NCBI RefSeq assembly: GCF_964204645.1
Contig: NC_134032.1
Location: forward strand, 6,312,275-6,376,274
Direction: 5' to 3'
DNA from: Tubulanus polymorphus
Lineage: Eukaryota > Animalia > Nemertea
DNA: 64,000 nt
A program made the position numbers and the translations under genes. Position 1 is the first letter of the stretch. Each line of letters starts with the position of its first letter. Below are positions 53,401-64,000 of this stretch, one piece after another. The notes beneath the pieces were generated by a model. It did no database searches. It saw only the letters and a list, made by a program, of their open reading frames with translations, and was not told where the DNA came from.

Positions 53401-56400
53401 AGCTCAAGATGAACTTACACCCATAGCTACTCTACCAACTTAAAACCAGTCTCAGCTCACTTTGATACTACAACCAGTCAAACAGCTAAAGACTAGTCTA
53501 AACTCACTTAGGCCAATGACCATGCAGTCCATGGGGTACAAGCTTCACATCCATGATTCAAGACAAGTGTTTTGAAGCTGTTCACAGACTGAACCTTAAA
53601 GGCTGGCTTATGTCAACAAGCAACGCGACGCCTACCGACGCAACTGGGTTTATCGCCGATTAGCTGCAACTAGCGGCCTACGAGAGGCCGCCAGGCTTGC
53701 GACGGCAACACGACGCCTACCGACTCGTCGCAAGCCGTATCCGGCTAGTTGCCCATGTTCTACTCCGGCCTACGGTAGGCAGACAGTTGCTTTCGATCGC
53801 AACCGACATAAGCTGATCTGCGACGCGACGGAACTCAACTATAGAACCAGTCCAAGGGTATCCAAAATTCCCTCATTTTTCCCTGATTTTCCCTCACCCT
53901 TGACCAAAGCTCCCTGATTAGATAACCTAGTTCTCAGTGGGGGCTAGCACTTTTGCCTCTCCAATGATTCTAGTCCCAAGGAAATTTTTGTGAATCTGAG
54001 TAAAAAACTTTCAAAATACCTCACAAATCTTACGAATGACCGCCCTCCCCAATATAAGCTGGCTGGCTGGTTAGCAAATGTTACCTTTTCGACGGCATCA
54101 TCGACCGATTGTAGAGTTTGTAAACGTTTTGTTTGTAAAATATCTGTAAACGCGATTTCTATCGGCTGCATTTTACCCATCTGCTGTAACAACCATTGTT
54201 TGTCGGGGTTAGGCGCATAGTTCCAACTTACTGTTCTAAAATAACAATAGTAATATTAATGATAGCAACAATAATATACATTTATAGATCACATTACACT
54301 AACTCTTAGGCCAGTTTACAATCATAGATTATTCCATTAAATTCGTCCCGCATGTGATGAAGATCTACACATTTTTTGCAGAAATACAGAATATTGTAAA
54401 ATAAAACGCCGTTAAAAAGTAACTTTTGACCTTAAAGGCTAAGGCTCCATGGGGCTATCACATTATCATCGATATATCGTTTCATATTTTCATTTTGCAG
54501 GTACCTGTGAGCGGAATTATTCTTAAACATGTGTTGATACTGCGGCGCACTATCTTCAGGGCCGTGTGGAGCTGGCGTCGACAAAACCATCGCTACTGGC
54601 CTAAAAATAAAGAGCAAAAGTTGTTGGCACATTTCCTACCTCCCCGTGGTCATATGGTGCTGCCCCCAGTTGCTATGAGGCATCTTGTAGTTGATAATGG
54701 TCCTCTAATACCTCGTCGGCCATTGTCTTTAACAAGTGCATAGATTATGTGCTCAGCGGTATCCGACATGAAAACGGTATCAAAATATTTTGACAAGACC
54801 CCCTTCTTGAAATGCATCTTCACATGAATTTTCACAGATATTTTGAAACCTTTTCAGTGCTGACCAATCAATACCCCAAAGTGCTGGAGATAATTTGAAA
54901 ACTCCCAGCTCAGTGCGATTTTTATCGGACTTACCAGTGTGTCTACACCGCAGTGCAGTGGATTGTTAATTACAAAAATTCTACAATGGTTGTAGAGAAG
55001 CTGTGTTGACCTAGTGTTGAATCAGTTAAATGCACTAGTGTGTAGAAACTTTTTTTGCATTCATTTTCACAATTCATGATCGAAAAAATGTTTTTGACGC
55101 GGCATACCTATTCGGGAAATACTGCTTCGACTGTTTGAGGAACGTTACGCTGTCATTCGCGATCAAATCCGTCAAATAATCCTGATAATAATTATCGCCG
55201 TGTTTGACCTTCTGTCCGTTGAAGTTGAGGGTGTAGTTGTAGAATCGCGAATTGCGCACGAGTCCGACCCATTCGCGCCAGCCCGGCGGTATATATGATC
55301 CGTTATACTGGTTCAAATACTTGCCAAAATATCCTACAATGATAACCAAAATTGGTATCAGCGTTACGCATATACATTTATAACCACTCGCCAAGTGGGC
55401 AAGTTCTATCGGTCTACCCATGGACTCAGAGTCCATGGTGAATTGGTTAATTGGCTTTATTTCTATGTAAGAGGCCTGGGTTCGAACTGGGATAGGTGCG
55501 CGTTATTTCACTGTCCTTAATCATTACATCAAGACAACTGCCCCTTCCCCTATTTTTCTTTTTTTAATGGCATGCATTAAATTTTTGATTTTAGTAACAC
55601 CACTTAACCCTTTCAGTGCTGACTAATCAATACCCTATAGTGCTGGAGGTAATTTGAAAAAATCCTTGTGTGTTGAATAACGGGAATACCACTATAGTGG
55701 GTATACACCGCGCCGCGGTATATCATTAGTTATTAATATTTCACTATGTTTATTAATATTTCACTACTTTTAGGTGCTGCCATCTTTCAATAGAGATAAA
55801 AACTTATTACTAATTACGTCAATACACCGCAATGCGGTGTACTAGCAAAATCCATCACCGATTCATAAACCGCATTGCGGTGAAGACGCACTGAAAGGGT
55901 TAAATACTAACAACTTATTCTGATTCTGCGGTTGCGATTTTGAAAATGACTCAATCATCAAAACATAGGAAATGAAGTCATTTATTTAAACTGGCACTGT
56001 AGAACTTGATCCTGATGGATTTATAAATGAGTTCATTGTAGGATTGAATCCTTTACTAAGGTTGACAGAGATAAAAGAGTGAGAATCATTTGGATAAATC
56101 ATCACATGACTGAAGTTGATATTTTTGAATCTGAATTTGTATTTCTAATTGACTATTAGTAAGTCATCATTTGGATGAGTCATCATATCACTGAAGCGAT
56201 CTCTATTTTTGAGTCCCAATTTGATTTGTGTTGGTACACTTACCTGTGCGGTATCCTGCGTTACTCAGATATGTGCCGAAGTTCTTCGTCTCATACTGTT
56301 GCTGCCACTGTATCGATGAACAGTTGTCGTTGTTTGTGTATGTGTTGTGGTTGTGAACGTACATGCCGGTGAGGAACGAGCTGCGCGATGGGCAGCACAT

Positions 56401-58500
56401 TGGCGTCGTGACGAATGAATTCGTGAATGTGGCCCCTCCCTGGCGTAAAATACGCAGAGTTTTCGGCATGTAGTTCAACGAGCCTGAAAATAATTCGAAA
56501 CTGAGTAGTTGCCACTTTTTCTAAACAGTGGTTAGAAAATTTAATGAAGATTAACCATAAATAAGCCAGCCTTTTTACAGTTTCCAGGCGCCATTTTTTG
56601 GGTACCCGCTAGGTCCGGATTGTTAAATTTTGTGTCCCTACTTTTTCCGTTTGATTTTCTTATTTCATTCATTCCTCTAGGTTTGAACGAAGTAAAAATA
56701 TCGATGACAGCTGATAATTAACTTTTTTTATGATATTACTCATTCATAAATTTAATGCAACAATGTGCGCTGGAGAAGTAGTTATAAACATTGATATCTT
56801 CTTCCTGATAATTCAACTAGAATTATTGCTCATCTCAAGTTCGTAACTACAACAAATTTTTATCTACTTTCAAATTCTCAGGATCAAAAGGCATCTGTGG
56901 TCTTATGTGCTTTTTACCATTTTCAATTATCTTTATTAGTTTTTTAGTAATTGCGAAAAGTAACTTCGAAAACACGTTTTCTCCACAAGGTTCACAACAA
57001 CAAAGATTGTCATTTTGTCCTACGTGTTTTAATCGATTCCAAAACGACACGTACGGGTATACGATCGCAAATGTGAAAATCAGTTGTTACGTGGCACACG
57101 ATATGAGGCCCGCAGTCTCAATGCTGCGTTTATTGCAGTCACAAATTCACATGGCTACATGTGAAAATGGGCTAATACAGACCTTGTATGATCGAAACTG
57201 ACTTAAAATTCGTGGCGAATCTCATAACAACTATCATACACATGAGATCAATTTTGACGAAAAGTAAACGAATGTTAAAAGTTCCGCAATACGCAATATA
57301 TGCTAATATATTCAAAAGTTCCAATCTTTCCAACACAATTGATTAAGACTTTTCAAATTCAATTGGAAACACCTTCCAGCTCGTGTCACGATCAGTAAAA
57401 ATCTGTGGGTAATATTTGTCAAAATACCCTCCCAGCTCAGGGGATACCTATAATTTAAACAGTACAATCGTGTTATTATAAGTGAGCACACACAGGGAGT
57501 TGGCAGAAACAAATACTTCAGATCAATCCTTTCCCTTGGTCTTATTGACTTGATGAGGAATAGAATTAAATTGGATTTTCTGAAATTTGCTAAATAAAAC
57601 AAAATCAAAGTGAGTTTGACGTTTTATTTGTTCAATTAGGTAAAATGAATTGGATTTGATATCTTTTGCAGAAAAAATGTGATTGAATTTGCAGTTTGAG
57701 CACATGGCTAATTAGCATATCAAGGTCATCCATGCGATTTGAGAAAAAGCTATCTTCCCGAACTTTGCATAATTGTCATCAATATTTTCTGCAGTGCAAA
57801 TAGAAATAGTCCTCCCAAAAACCGAATCAACTAAACATTTCATAGAAATCGATTTGAAAAACAATCTTAAATTTTATGATAAAACCCGGAAGTAAAACAG
57901 TAGACGTTACCGCGGGTTCACGTGAACACCTGCTGAATTCTGCTGCTAAGCCAATCGAAGAGGAGTCTTTGCTTTCTGATTGGCTTTTTAAAACCAATAT
58001 TTTTGCTTTCAGATTTTCGCGAAAAAGGTCATAAAAATCTTAACCAGGCCCTTTTTCAAAATTCAGCTTCATGGGATTTGTAGAATGGATAACGCTTTAA
58101 CGAATGATTTGTATGAGTATATGCTCAGTTGCACAGTCAAATCGCAGCTCTGGAAACCATGACATTTAAATTCACTGCATTTGTATAGTAATAGGTTCAG
58201 CCTATAGGCTGGACTAATAATTATGAATAAATTCTTCATCTCACCGAGCTCCGAATCCTGGTCGTCGGTCAGGATGATCACGATATTCGGTTTTTTGCTG
58301 CGTTTCAAGTTTTTACGACTAGACTTTTTAGACCATCGCGCCCGCAACTCGTCCTCCGTACGGATTCCGTCGTTGTTATTCTCCGCAACGACGCGTTCGG
58401 TCGGATCAACGGACGAGGCGGCCTCGTTTCCAGTCACCGTTGCGATTATCGCAGTCATGGAAATGACGACAACAATGACCATGTCCCATCGAATGAGCAT
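20112..58500 (-). CDS. Sulf1: Extracellular heparan-sulfate 6-O-endosulfatase, Sulf1/Sulf2 family (19 coding exons, 3300 nt, predicted 1099 aa)
   Basis: Signal peptide; [13 protein letters not shown]; formylglycine motif [14 protein letters not shown]; GYFGKYLN; [28 protein letters not shown]; [10 protein letters not shown]; basic hydrophilic domain; C-terminal [29 protein letters not shown] and CKGARECT. All 18 introns are GT-AG with matching phases. At least one upstream non-coding exon is implied by the acceptor at 58580. Confidence 0.93.
21761..21880. repeat. DIRS 3' inverted terminal repeat
   Basis: Reverse complement of 27527-27646; 2 mismatches in 120 bp by eye. Confidence 0.95.
21937..22034. 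other. DIRS internal complementary region (ICR)
   Basis: 21937-21995 is the reverse complement of left end 21718-21776 (2 mismatches); 21994-22034 is the reverse complement of right end 27625-27665 (1 mismatch). Confidence 0.95.
22282..23380 (-). pseudogene. DIRS tyrosine recombinase (one in-frame TGA at 22714-22716)
   Basis: N-domain [26 protein letters not shown] and VPPWDL; catalytic SARRSEI (R), LCPVRAL, SHQARS (HxxR), AAFWNS (W) and TFTSFY (Y). Confidence 0.92.
23379..23849 (-). pseudogene. DIRS pol C-terminus: end of RNase H plus Dam-like adenine methyltransferase domain
   Basis: [15 protein letters not shown] then [22 protein letters not shown] and [13 protein letters not shown], the MT motifs characteristic of DIRS1-group elements. 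Confidence 0.88.
23850..25180 (-). pseudogene. DIRS reverse transcriptase-RNase H (frameshifted)
   Basis: VGGCLQ...[35 protein letters not shown] and LPFGL, then frameshifts to [24 protein letters not shown] and FTDAS. Confidence 0.92.
25160..27326 (-). pseudogene. DIRS gag-like ORF1 (several frameshifts)
   Basis: N-terminal Cys/His cluster [13 protein letters not shown]...C....PCKICEVW, an Arg/Ser-rich tract, then fragments 26458-26724, 26136-26465, 25864-26238 and 25160-25963 ending LLRAPL...LF, overlapping the start of pol. The ATG at 27326 is 1 nt out of frame. Confidence 0.75.
27527..27646. repeat. DIRS 5' inverted terminal repeat
   Basis: Reverse complement of 21761-21880. Confidence 0.95.
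29123..29375. mobile_element. Short MITE-like element with 13-bp TIRs
   Basis: GCCGCGATCACAC ... GTGTGATTGCGGC; related GCCGCGTTCAC ends at 62398 and 62532. Confidence 0.45.
29378..29664. mobile_element. MITE (~290 bp, ~19-bp imperfect TIRs); second copy inverted at 59333-59633
   Basis: AACACGCTTGCTGCCAGCT ... AGCTGGCAGCGAATGTGTT; internal GGGAATGA.ACAGTTCCT and GTCAATTT.GAGCAAAG.CTGAC shared with the 59 kb copy. Confidence 0.65.
30813..30933 (-). CDS. Sulf1: Sulf coding exon 18
   Basis: ttttcag|[41 protein letters not shown]|gtaggt. Confidence 0.88.
31476..31670 (+). mobile_element. Left part of a piggyBac-type MITE copy (right part at ~33306-33394)
   Basis: AGTGCTGGAGATAATTTGAA and AGGTGC..CCATCTTTCAATAGAGAT match 55608-55899. 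Confidence 0.6.
31788..32312 (-). mobile_element. Second HINE/DINE-1-like non-autonomous Helentron (family 2, no satellite core)
   Basis: Perfect 16-bp subterminal IR TTTAGATTCAGCGCAG (31809-31824)/CTGCGCTGAATCTAAA (32297-32312); adjacent partial IR hairpin at 32288-32310; terminal palindrome GTGCCCATGGGCAC (31794-31807); A/T-run flanks. Confidence 0.68.
33424..33566 (-). CDS. Sulf1: Sulf coding exon 17
   Basis: (L)[47 protein letters not shown]; ag/gt boundaries; absent from the ORF track. Confidence 0.93.
34539..34631 (-). CDS. Sulf1: Sulf coding exon 16
   Basis: (P)[30 protein letters not shown]; donor gtaagt. Confidence 0.92.
34928..35088 (-). CDS. Sulf1: Sulf coding exon 15 (polybasic)
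   Basis: [53 protein letters not shown]; ag/gtaagt; phases 2-1. Confidence 0.9.
39449..40664 (-). mobile_element. Pearl/DINE-1-like HINE family 1, copy 2 (intact)
   Basis: AACTAGGGGTCCAGGGA end, subTIRs, four 154-bp units (third internally deleted by ~56 bp), (ACGG)5 at 40591-40612, hairpin TAGCCCGCTGGGACTAAAGTCCCAAGTGGGCTA then AAAA. Confidence 0.9.
41243..41540 (-). CDS. Sulf1: Sulf coding exon 14 (acidic, low complexity)
   Basis: atttag|(D)[11 protein letters not shown]...[15 protein letters not shown]...[17 protein letters not shown]; phases 1-2; the CxC matches the hydrophilic-domain CDC/CSC of Sulfs. Confidence 0.85.
41615..41747 (-). repeat. Decayed end fragment of HINE family 1
   Basis: GGTAGATACATGT..., AAAATAAC.GGATTC.GTCTAC and AAAAGTGAA.GCAATAGCC.GCTGGGA. 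Confidence 0.6.
41900..42068 (-). CDS. Sulf1: Sulf coding exon 13
   Basis: cag|[11 protein letters not shown] (cf. Sulf EVRGHLK..RP), then a Thr/Pro-rich stretch; the phase-1 donor was chosen to match exon 14. Confidence 0.83.
42100..42230. repeat. Degenerate ~24-bp minisatellite
   Basis: Repeated GAAAGTGTGCACA.A.TT..ATACT units. Confidence 0.55.
42588..42742 (-). CDS. Sulf1: Sulf coding exon 12
   Basis: [51 protein letters not shown]|gtaagt (Sulf C..C...Y....W..HK coiled-coil block). Confidence 0.92.
43773..43931 (-). CDS. Sulf1: Sulf coding exon 11
   Basis: cag|(G)[31 protein letters not shown]...YSR|gtaagt; phase 1-1. Confidence 0.82.
44130..44345. repeat. Low-complexity ~11-bp (GGATATTTCT-like) array
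   Basis: Repeated ATATTTCT/GATATTT motifs immediately inside the intron. Confidence 0.5.
44351..44540 (-). CDS. Sulf1: Sulf coding exon 10
   Basis: [20 protein letters not shown]...[25 protein letters not shown] (Sulf GQKW.C.ED..G.L...KC). Confidence 0.92.
46047..46268 (-). mobile_element. tRNA-derived SINE
   Basis: Minus strand: A-box GGTAGCTCAGTGAG, B-box GGTTCGAGTCC, body shared with 14700-14882, (CAAA)n tail. Confidence 0.75.
46280..47497 (-). mobile_element. Pearl/DINE-1-like HINE family 1, copy 3
   Basis: subTIRs at 46303-46314 and 47479-47490; four 154-bp units starting 46352, 46506, 46660 and 46814; (GGAC)n near 47428-47446; terminal hairpin and A-run. Confidence 0.9.
49509..50547. 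mobile_element. Probable old MITE with AACGTT-rich subterminal arrays
   Basis: 10-bp IR AGGTTGCACA (49512-49521)/TGTGCAACCT (50535-50544); AACGTT clusters at both ends, including (TTGTTTGACAACG)3 near 50451-50491. Confidence 0.45.
50824..50959 (-). CDS. Sulf1: Sulf coding exon 9
   Basis: [45 protein letters not shown]. Confidence 0.92.
51513..51575 (-). CDS. Sulf1: Sulf coding exon 8
   Basis: [20 protein letters not shown](G); 63 nt, phase 2-2; absent from the ORF track. Confidence 0.92.
52521..52649 (-). CDS. Sulf1: Sulf coding exon 7
   Basis: [42 protein letters not shown]. Confidence 0.94.
53119..53294 (-). CDS. Sulf1: Sulf coding exon 6
   Basis: [58 protein letters not shown]. Confidence 0.95.
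54085..54235 (-). CDS. Sulf1: Sulf coding exon 5
   Basis: [50 protein letters not shown]. Confidence 0.95.
54505..54600 (-). CDS. Sulf1: Sulf coding exon 4
   Basis: [31 protein letters not shown]. Confidence 0.95.
54848..55040 (+). mobile_element. Partial copy of the piggyBac-type MITE
   Basis: CCTTTTCAGTGCTGACCAATCAATACCCCAAAGTGCTGGAGATAATTTGAAAA matches the start of 55608. Confidence 0.6.
55108..55333 (-). CDS. Sulf1: Sulf coding exon 3
   Basis: [35 protein letters not shown]...[24 protein letters not shown]. Confidence 0.95.
55608..55899 (+). mobile_element. piggyBac-type MITE (292 bp) with TTAA target duplication
   Basis: TTAA|CCCTTTCAGTGC ... GCACTGAAAGGG|TTAA (perfect 12-bp TIR, TTAA on both sides). 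Confidence 0.85.
56244..56483 (-). CDS. Sulf1: Sulf coding exon 2 (catalytic CCPSR)
   Basis: [56 protein letters not shown]...AGYRT. Confidence 0.96.
58245..58500 (-). CDS. Sulf1: Sulf coding exon 1 (signal peptide; exon extends to acceptor at 58580)
   Basis: [24 protein letters not shown]...[18 protein letters not shown]|gtgaga. Confidence 0.9.
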
Positions 58501-58688
58501 AGTGGCTGTTAATAGAGGGCACTGCACAAACACACACACTGGTGATGTCACCGCGTCAAGTTTACAACAGTCATCTGCTCTACAAAATATAACACAAATT
58601 CACATTAGCTTTACAAACAATTGATAATTGATTTTGATAAAACAGAAATCCGGCTAAAAGATTAAAAACATTATCCATCGAGAATTAA

Positions 58689-58933
58689 TCCTTTCAGCGC
58701 GGTGCATAAGGCTTTGATGGACTTTGCCAGTACACCTCATCATAGTGTATAGATGTTATTGGTCATAAGTTTTCATCTCTTTTAAAAGATGGCAGCACCT
58801 TTCAAAGTGAAATATTAGTAACTTGACACGCTATAGGCCTAGTGGTATGCCCATTATTCGACACACTGGGATGGAATTTTTGAAAATTTCAAAATTATCT
58901 CCAGCACTTTCAGATTAGTCAGCACTGAAAGGG
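58689..58933 (-). mobile_element. Inverted copy of the piggyBac-type MITE
   Basis: TTAA|TCCTTTCAGCGC ... TTCAAAATTATCTCCAGCACT...TAGTCAGCACTGAAAGGG|TTTAA. Confidence 0.7.
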
Positions 58934-59332
58934 TTTAACCAAATAATTCACCAGAGGTTAAAAACATTTGCAATGCTGCCAACCTTGATTTTATCTTTTG
59001 CTGAGCACATTTCCAAGTTAATCAGTATTTTGCAAAAATTTTCCAGTAGACCCAAATTTTCAAACCAGAAGATTAAAAGTCTGTAGGCCTATTAGGGTGA
59101 ATTACATAGAACATAAGTTTTCTTTCACAAACTCTGACACTGTACTAGTCCCCATCTTCACTTAGATAAGATGGCGCACTAGTATAGCATCAAAGACACT
59201 AGATGAAGATGGGCGGTTGCCATGGGGATACACGAACTAATGAATGTCAACCAGACCAAAATCCCAATCAGACTTATAATTATGATTGAGACGAGATTAA
59301 GAAAAAACTTAACATAATTTATCTAGAGAATT

Positions 59333-59633
59333 TACCGATCACTGCCATCTTGATAATACGGCAATACATTCGTAGCGGTAGCGGGATGGTGCCGCTACGA
59401 ATGTATTCATAGTTGACCAAGAGCTGTAACACAGTCAGCCTTTGCTCAAAATTGACTGATAAGCATTGAGAACGAAGCTGAGTTTGTTCCATTGCTATTT
59501 TAGTCAAAAAGGAACTGTGTCATTCCCATGTGCCAGAATGCAAATATCGAACAGTGAATAGGAAGTATCAATATATCGTAAGGGTGACAGAACTGGAAGT
59601 ATGAGTATATCTGTAGCCGGCAGCGAATGTGTT
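59333..59633. mobile_element. Second (inverted) copy of the 29378-29664 MITE
   Basis: Reverse-complement similarity along its length; ends GCCGGCAGCGAATGTGTT. Confidence 0.6.
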
Positions 59634-62600
59634 GATCAGTAACATTTTAATTTTTTTCAGTACTCCTCCCTGGTGAAAAATCTGTAACAATTTACTAAAC
59701 ACAGAACGCCGTATCTCCACAAGATTTTATGGAAAAATGAGACCGGAAAAATGAGAATAGTTGGCAGCTCTATGTATTGGAAATAAACCGATTTCTACCT
59801 TCAGAGTAAAAGTTATTGCGACAGCTATGGAATTGACTGTTCTCAATTCTTCTCACTGGGCAAAACATTTAAAATGAATGACCGTTAATCTTAACTTAGA
59901 AGACAAATCTAATCAACAACTGGGTCTTGAACCAGCAACACGGTCGGCTTAGATTAAGACCAGTCTAAGACCATCTAACAATCTAAATTGGTCAGACTAA
60001 ATGCATTTGGTTCGATAGCTGATCTGCGTAATAACTTAAGACCAGTTGAAACTCATTTAGGTTCAATAACCAATGTAACAACTTAAGACCAGTATAAGTT
60101 CATTTAAGAATTAACACGGCCTTGTTTCATGTTTCAGAGTAATGCACGCACCGTCACTAAACAAGCAAGAAAGCATTTCTGTGCACATATCTTGCTAGTA
60201 CACGCCAGGCTTTACTAGGAGATTGATTGAAAAAAGGACAACTGATTTTTTACTGTATGAAACCCACAACGGCTGGTAGGCCTATGTAATTTCATGTGCA
60301 GAATTTTTTTCTTAATTTTCCAAGAATCTTACAAGACCACCCAGACCACCCGCGCAACAACGCATTATCGTTTTTAACATCAGGGAACAGAATGCCTCTT
60401 TTATAATTCCATTGAAATTTCCACCTAGATATGAAATACCGATTAGCCATTGTAAGCACGTATAGGCCTAATTCTAAAGTGAAAAAAGTATACTCATAAA
60501 GCATGCACGAGATGCCTGAAATGCCTAAAAATAAATGTACTTATAATTAAGTGTTTGGTACTGGAAAAAATGTTCGCCATGAATAGGTGTTCATTATGGC
60601 ATTGAACTCAAATCAAATTTATTTGAGATCTATGATTATGGAGAGGCTCAAGTTAAGATGAGATTATTTCATAACTCTCCTACCATTTCCATGGTAGACC
60701 AATGTGGAACGAAAAAAATCATTCCCTTTCAGAATATCTTCAGCGAAAAATTAATTAATTTTTTTGTAACAACGTTTTTTAAGGTAAATGCATGGCATTC
60801 CCAATTTCCCAAATATCCAATGAAGTAAGAAGATTAGTATCATACATTATCATTCAGCAGAATTACCTGGTAATTCATCACGAACGGTAAAAAATTATAA
60901 CGAACTCGTTCATAATGAAAACCGTGACAGCAAAAGCATATCGATTGACGACTTTTGACAGTGCAGACATGTCTGGAACATAACCAGAAAAAGAAAAATA
61001 ACTCCAAAGTTTATTAACGTTTTTGAGGATTGACACAATAGAGCAATAGAGCAGGGCTACCAACATCTGAAAAGTGCTCAGTAATAAATTGAATTTTTTT
61101 CAGTAACATTTCATTGAAATATGAAAGAAAATGTTCATAACATTGGTAACATCTTTCATATTTCTGTTTGCATCAAACAAATTTAATCAGTATTTCTCAT
61201 TATAAAAGATTATCAGGAACAGTTGGCAGCTCTGCTAGAGATTAATAGCCTATCTTGAATTGACCGGCAACCAGACTAGCCCCCCCACCCCAATATCGAC
61301 GACGTAGAGCATATCCACTCAAAAATTCATTGTTTTCCATTTGTCATTTGACTGAGCTGTCCGCCTATACTTTGTACATTTCTTTTTTTTTAAATCATGA
61401 TCAAGCAAACAATAACAGACCCGTCAGTTAGGGCCTTGTACTGATGACACATTTTATTGTAGTTTACAATTTGACCCAGCCCCATTAGGAGAAACAAGGT
61501 ATTTAACAGAACATAAGTCATGAAATATGTTTGATTACAACCTCAAAAGTCACAATTGTTATTGTTACTTTGAAACGCCAATATTGATGCTGTACGGCAC
61601 ATCCATTCACACAGAACCCCTTATATATAGCATTAAGGTATCGATGTATAAAAACATTATTGAAACGGTTTACGGCATCACAAAATTGTTCACTGTGGAC
61701 AGGTGTTCATTGTGTAGAAAGGTTCTCATTACTTGAAAACGGTCTGAAAAATCTTGGTACCAAGGAAAAAGCTTTTGGTGACGAAGAGGTGTTCATACCT
61801 CATGTTTTAAGTAATTACTCACCCATTCATTGAAGTGAATATTCACACAATACTCAGTATTATTTAGTCAACTCATGTTCATAGTGGCAAGGCTGTTAGA
61901 ATATTCAATACAGCAACTTTGAAGAACACTTTTTTCACTGCCTGTATCGTTTCCTTACTGATCCACAAAAATATTCAAAAACCAATTACATAACATGTTT
62001 CATATGCCGCAAAATCAGGTTGGTTCTTAAAAGTCATTGGCACGTTAATCATTCCAATTTCTATTTCAGTTAAATCATGGGCTCTAAAACGAAATTAAAA
62101 AGAGTCCATGGTTTGATACGATCCCGAAAAGCCATAAAAAGAAGGCATAACAGCTTTCAATAAGCATTACTCCAGTGATCTATGACGTTGTTTGATTCAC
62201 TCAACTGCCTAGTTACAATGTTGAAAAAATAGATCTCTACGTTCCATCAACTGTATCATCTCTCATCTATAATTTCTAAAATGGCATCCTTGGATAACTA
62301 CATAAACTGAGACGAACCTTATGTGAATGTTGAGGATTGTTATGCACAACGACTGTAGGCCTATAGTACAGCCTCTGCAGTAGAAGCCTAGAGTATAGCC
62401 GCGTTCACTTGGGGGCGATTTGGTCTGGCCCAAGATTTCTTCATTACCCAGGGTTTGTGTTGGAGTAAGCTATGGCAGGATGCAACCCTGGCCTGATGTT
62501 TTTCTAGGTAAGTGGCCACCTTGTGTTTAATGCCGCGTTCACACGACAGCTAGTTAAACAGGTCTAAATGGGCACGTACCTGGTCCGGTCTAAATCTAGA

Positions 62601-63022
62601 CCGGAACAAGTTTTGATGAGTGTTCACACAGCGTTTTGACACGATAAAATCGCTTGTCGCCGGGCCTACAAGATGTCGCCATCTGCTAAATAATTAACTG
62701 GGCCTGGATGAAGTCTTGCTTCCAGATTCCAAGTAGAGCAAGACATTCTTCATTTGACCAATTCGACATTTAGACATTTTTGCGAATTCGCTTTTAATGT
62801 CGTTTAAACACGATTCAAAACACGGAAGTAAAACAGATGATGATCGCGACACACGAATATGAATATTTGTTACACTCCAAACATTTCCATGGTATAGGGA
62901 GGAAAAAGTAGTAGGCCAACTTAAAAATAATTACATAAACGGTAATAAAAGCATTTAAAACTTAAATATAGCTGTAAAGCAGCGATAACGGGTTTTCTGC
63001 TGTCTTAGAATCCTGTTCAACG

Positions 63023-63238
63023 GTGGATTTTGACAAAGCATTTGATAAGGCACAACATCAGCCATTACTAAACAGTCTATTGGGAACAGTATCAATGATA
63101 GGTCGCCCAAATGGCTCAGCTGTTCTCTGAACGAAAACTTGTAGCCGAAATCAACGGAACGCCTCATCTTGGAAAAAGGCGGTCTAACTAGTGGAGTCAG
63201 GCAAGGTGGTATCACTAAGTCGCCTTCTGTTTAATGTC
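63023..63238 (+). mobile_element. Non-LTR (LINE) reverse transcriptase fragment
   Basis: VDFDKAFDKAQHQPLL and, after frameshifts, TSGVRQGGI/LSRLLFNV, the canonical LINE RT motifs DF.KAFD and GVRQG..LSP.LFN. Confidence 0.8.
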
Positions 63239-63309
63239 CTGACAAATAACATACACAGTAATCCAAAATATACCAGACCGAGTAAATTTCCAAAACGACC
63301 ATAACACGC

Positions 63310-63820
63310 CGTTCGCCAAAAAATGTTCCGACAAAATCATGTCCCAATTGAAAAGAATTCTGTTTGATGGAACAATACGCTTTTTGTTTGAACAAAAACT
63401 TTTCTTCATTCTGACAGAAAATGTGTTCGAATAAAAAGCTATGTCATTGTTGAAATGAAAAACTTTCTGTTCCAGTAAAACAATTTTTTTCGAACGAATG
63501 TTTGAATGAAAACAATTCTGTTCGATTGAACGAAATACTTTATACTTTTGATTCGCAGATAAAACTTTTTACAATATACTTGTTCGAACGAAAAACTTAA
63601 TGTTTTGACAAGAAAATTCTGTTCAAACTAAAACGATTCTGTTCAATCGAACGATTGTTCGAACGAAAAACCTTTCGTTTGGAAAAAAAAAGTTTTTCAA
63701 CTTTGTTCCAATGATTTTTTCAAATTGGTTCAATCGAACAGATTTTTATTAGTTCGAACGAAATAAATTCTGTTCCGACGAAAGAATTTTCAAGCGAAAG
63801 GTCTTTTGAACGAAAAAAAA
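63310..63820. repeat. Degenerate array of TGTTCGAAC/GAACGAAAA units
   Basis: Many direct and inverted copies of TTCTGTTCGA and CGAACGAAAA; probably the internal array of a foldback element. Confidence 0.65.
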
Positions 63821-64000
63821 GATATTTCTGGGGTAACTTTCTGGGGTCTCCGCAGTAACTTAAAGCCGGACGTAGGTCGGCCTTGCGACGCGATGCTATC
63901 ATTGCGTTGCATCGCAAGTTTTGGTGCAAGTCGGTTGCGTTACGATTGTCAGCAACTGTTTGCGACTAGTTTCTGCGAGTCGCAAGAGCGTGTAGGTCGG

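Overview
This is AT-rich, intron-containing animal DNA, most consistent with a marine invertebrate; the taxon cannot be fixed from sequence alone. Two convergent host genes can be assembled by hand from splice sites and codon phases. (i) Minus strand: an extracellular heparan-sulfate 6-O-endosulfatase (Sulf1/Sulf2 family) with 19 coding exons, 58500->20112, predicted 1099 aa. (ii) Plus strand: a small type-I membrane protein gene (signal peptide, divergent MAM-like domain, TM helix, two PPxY motifs), 7577->13508, which the ORF track shows only in fragments. The rest is mostly repeats. There is a decayed Ty3/Gypsy pol (3043-5737). A full-length but ORF-disrupted DIRS1-type tyrosine-recombinase retrotransposon (21718-27665; ITRs, ICR, gag, RT-RNaseH-Dam-like MT, YR) is inserted without a classical TSD, at a shared 2-bp AT core, into one of three copies of a Pearl/DINE-1-like non-autonomous Helentron (HINE) carrying a 154-bp satellite core. 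Also present: a second HINE family, piggyBac-type and other MITEs, tRNA-derived SINEs, LINE RT fragments and minisatellites. No prokaryotic systems, CRISPR arrays or intact RNA genes were seen. All coordinates and translations are manual; no database search was run.
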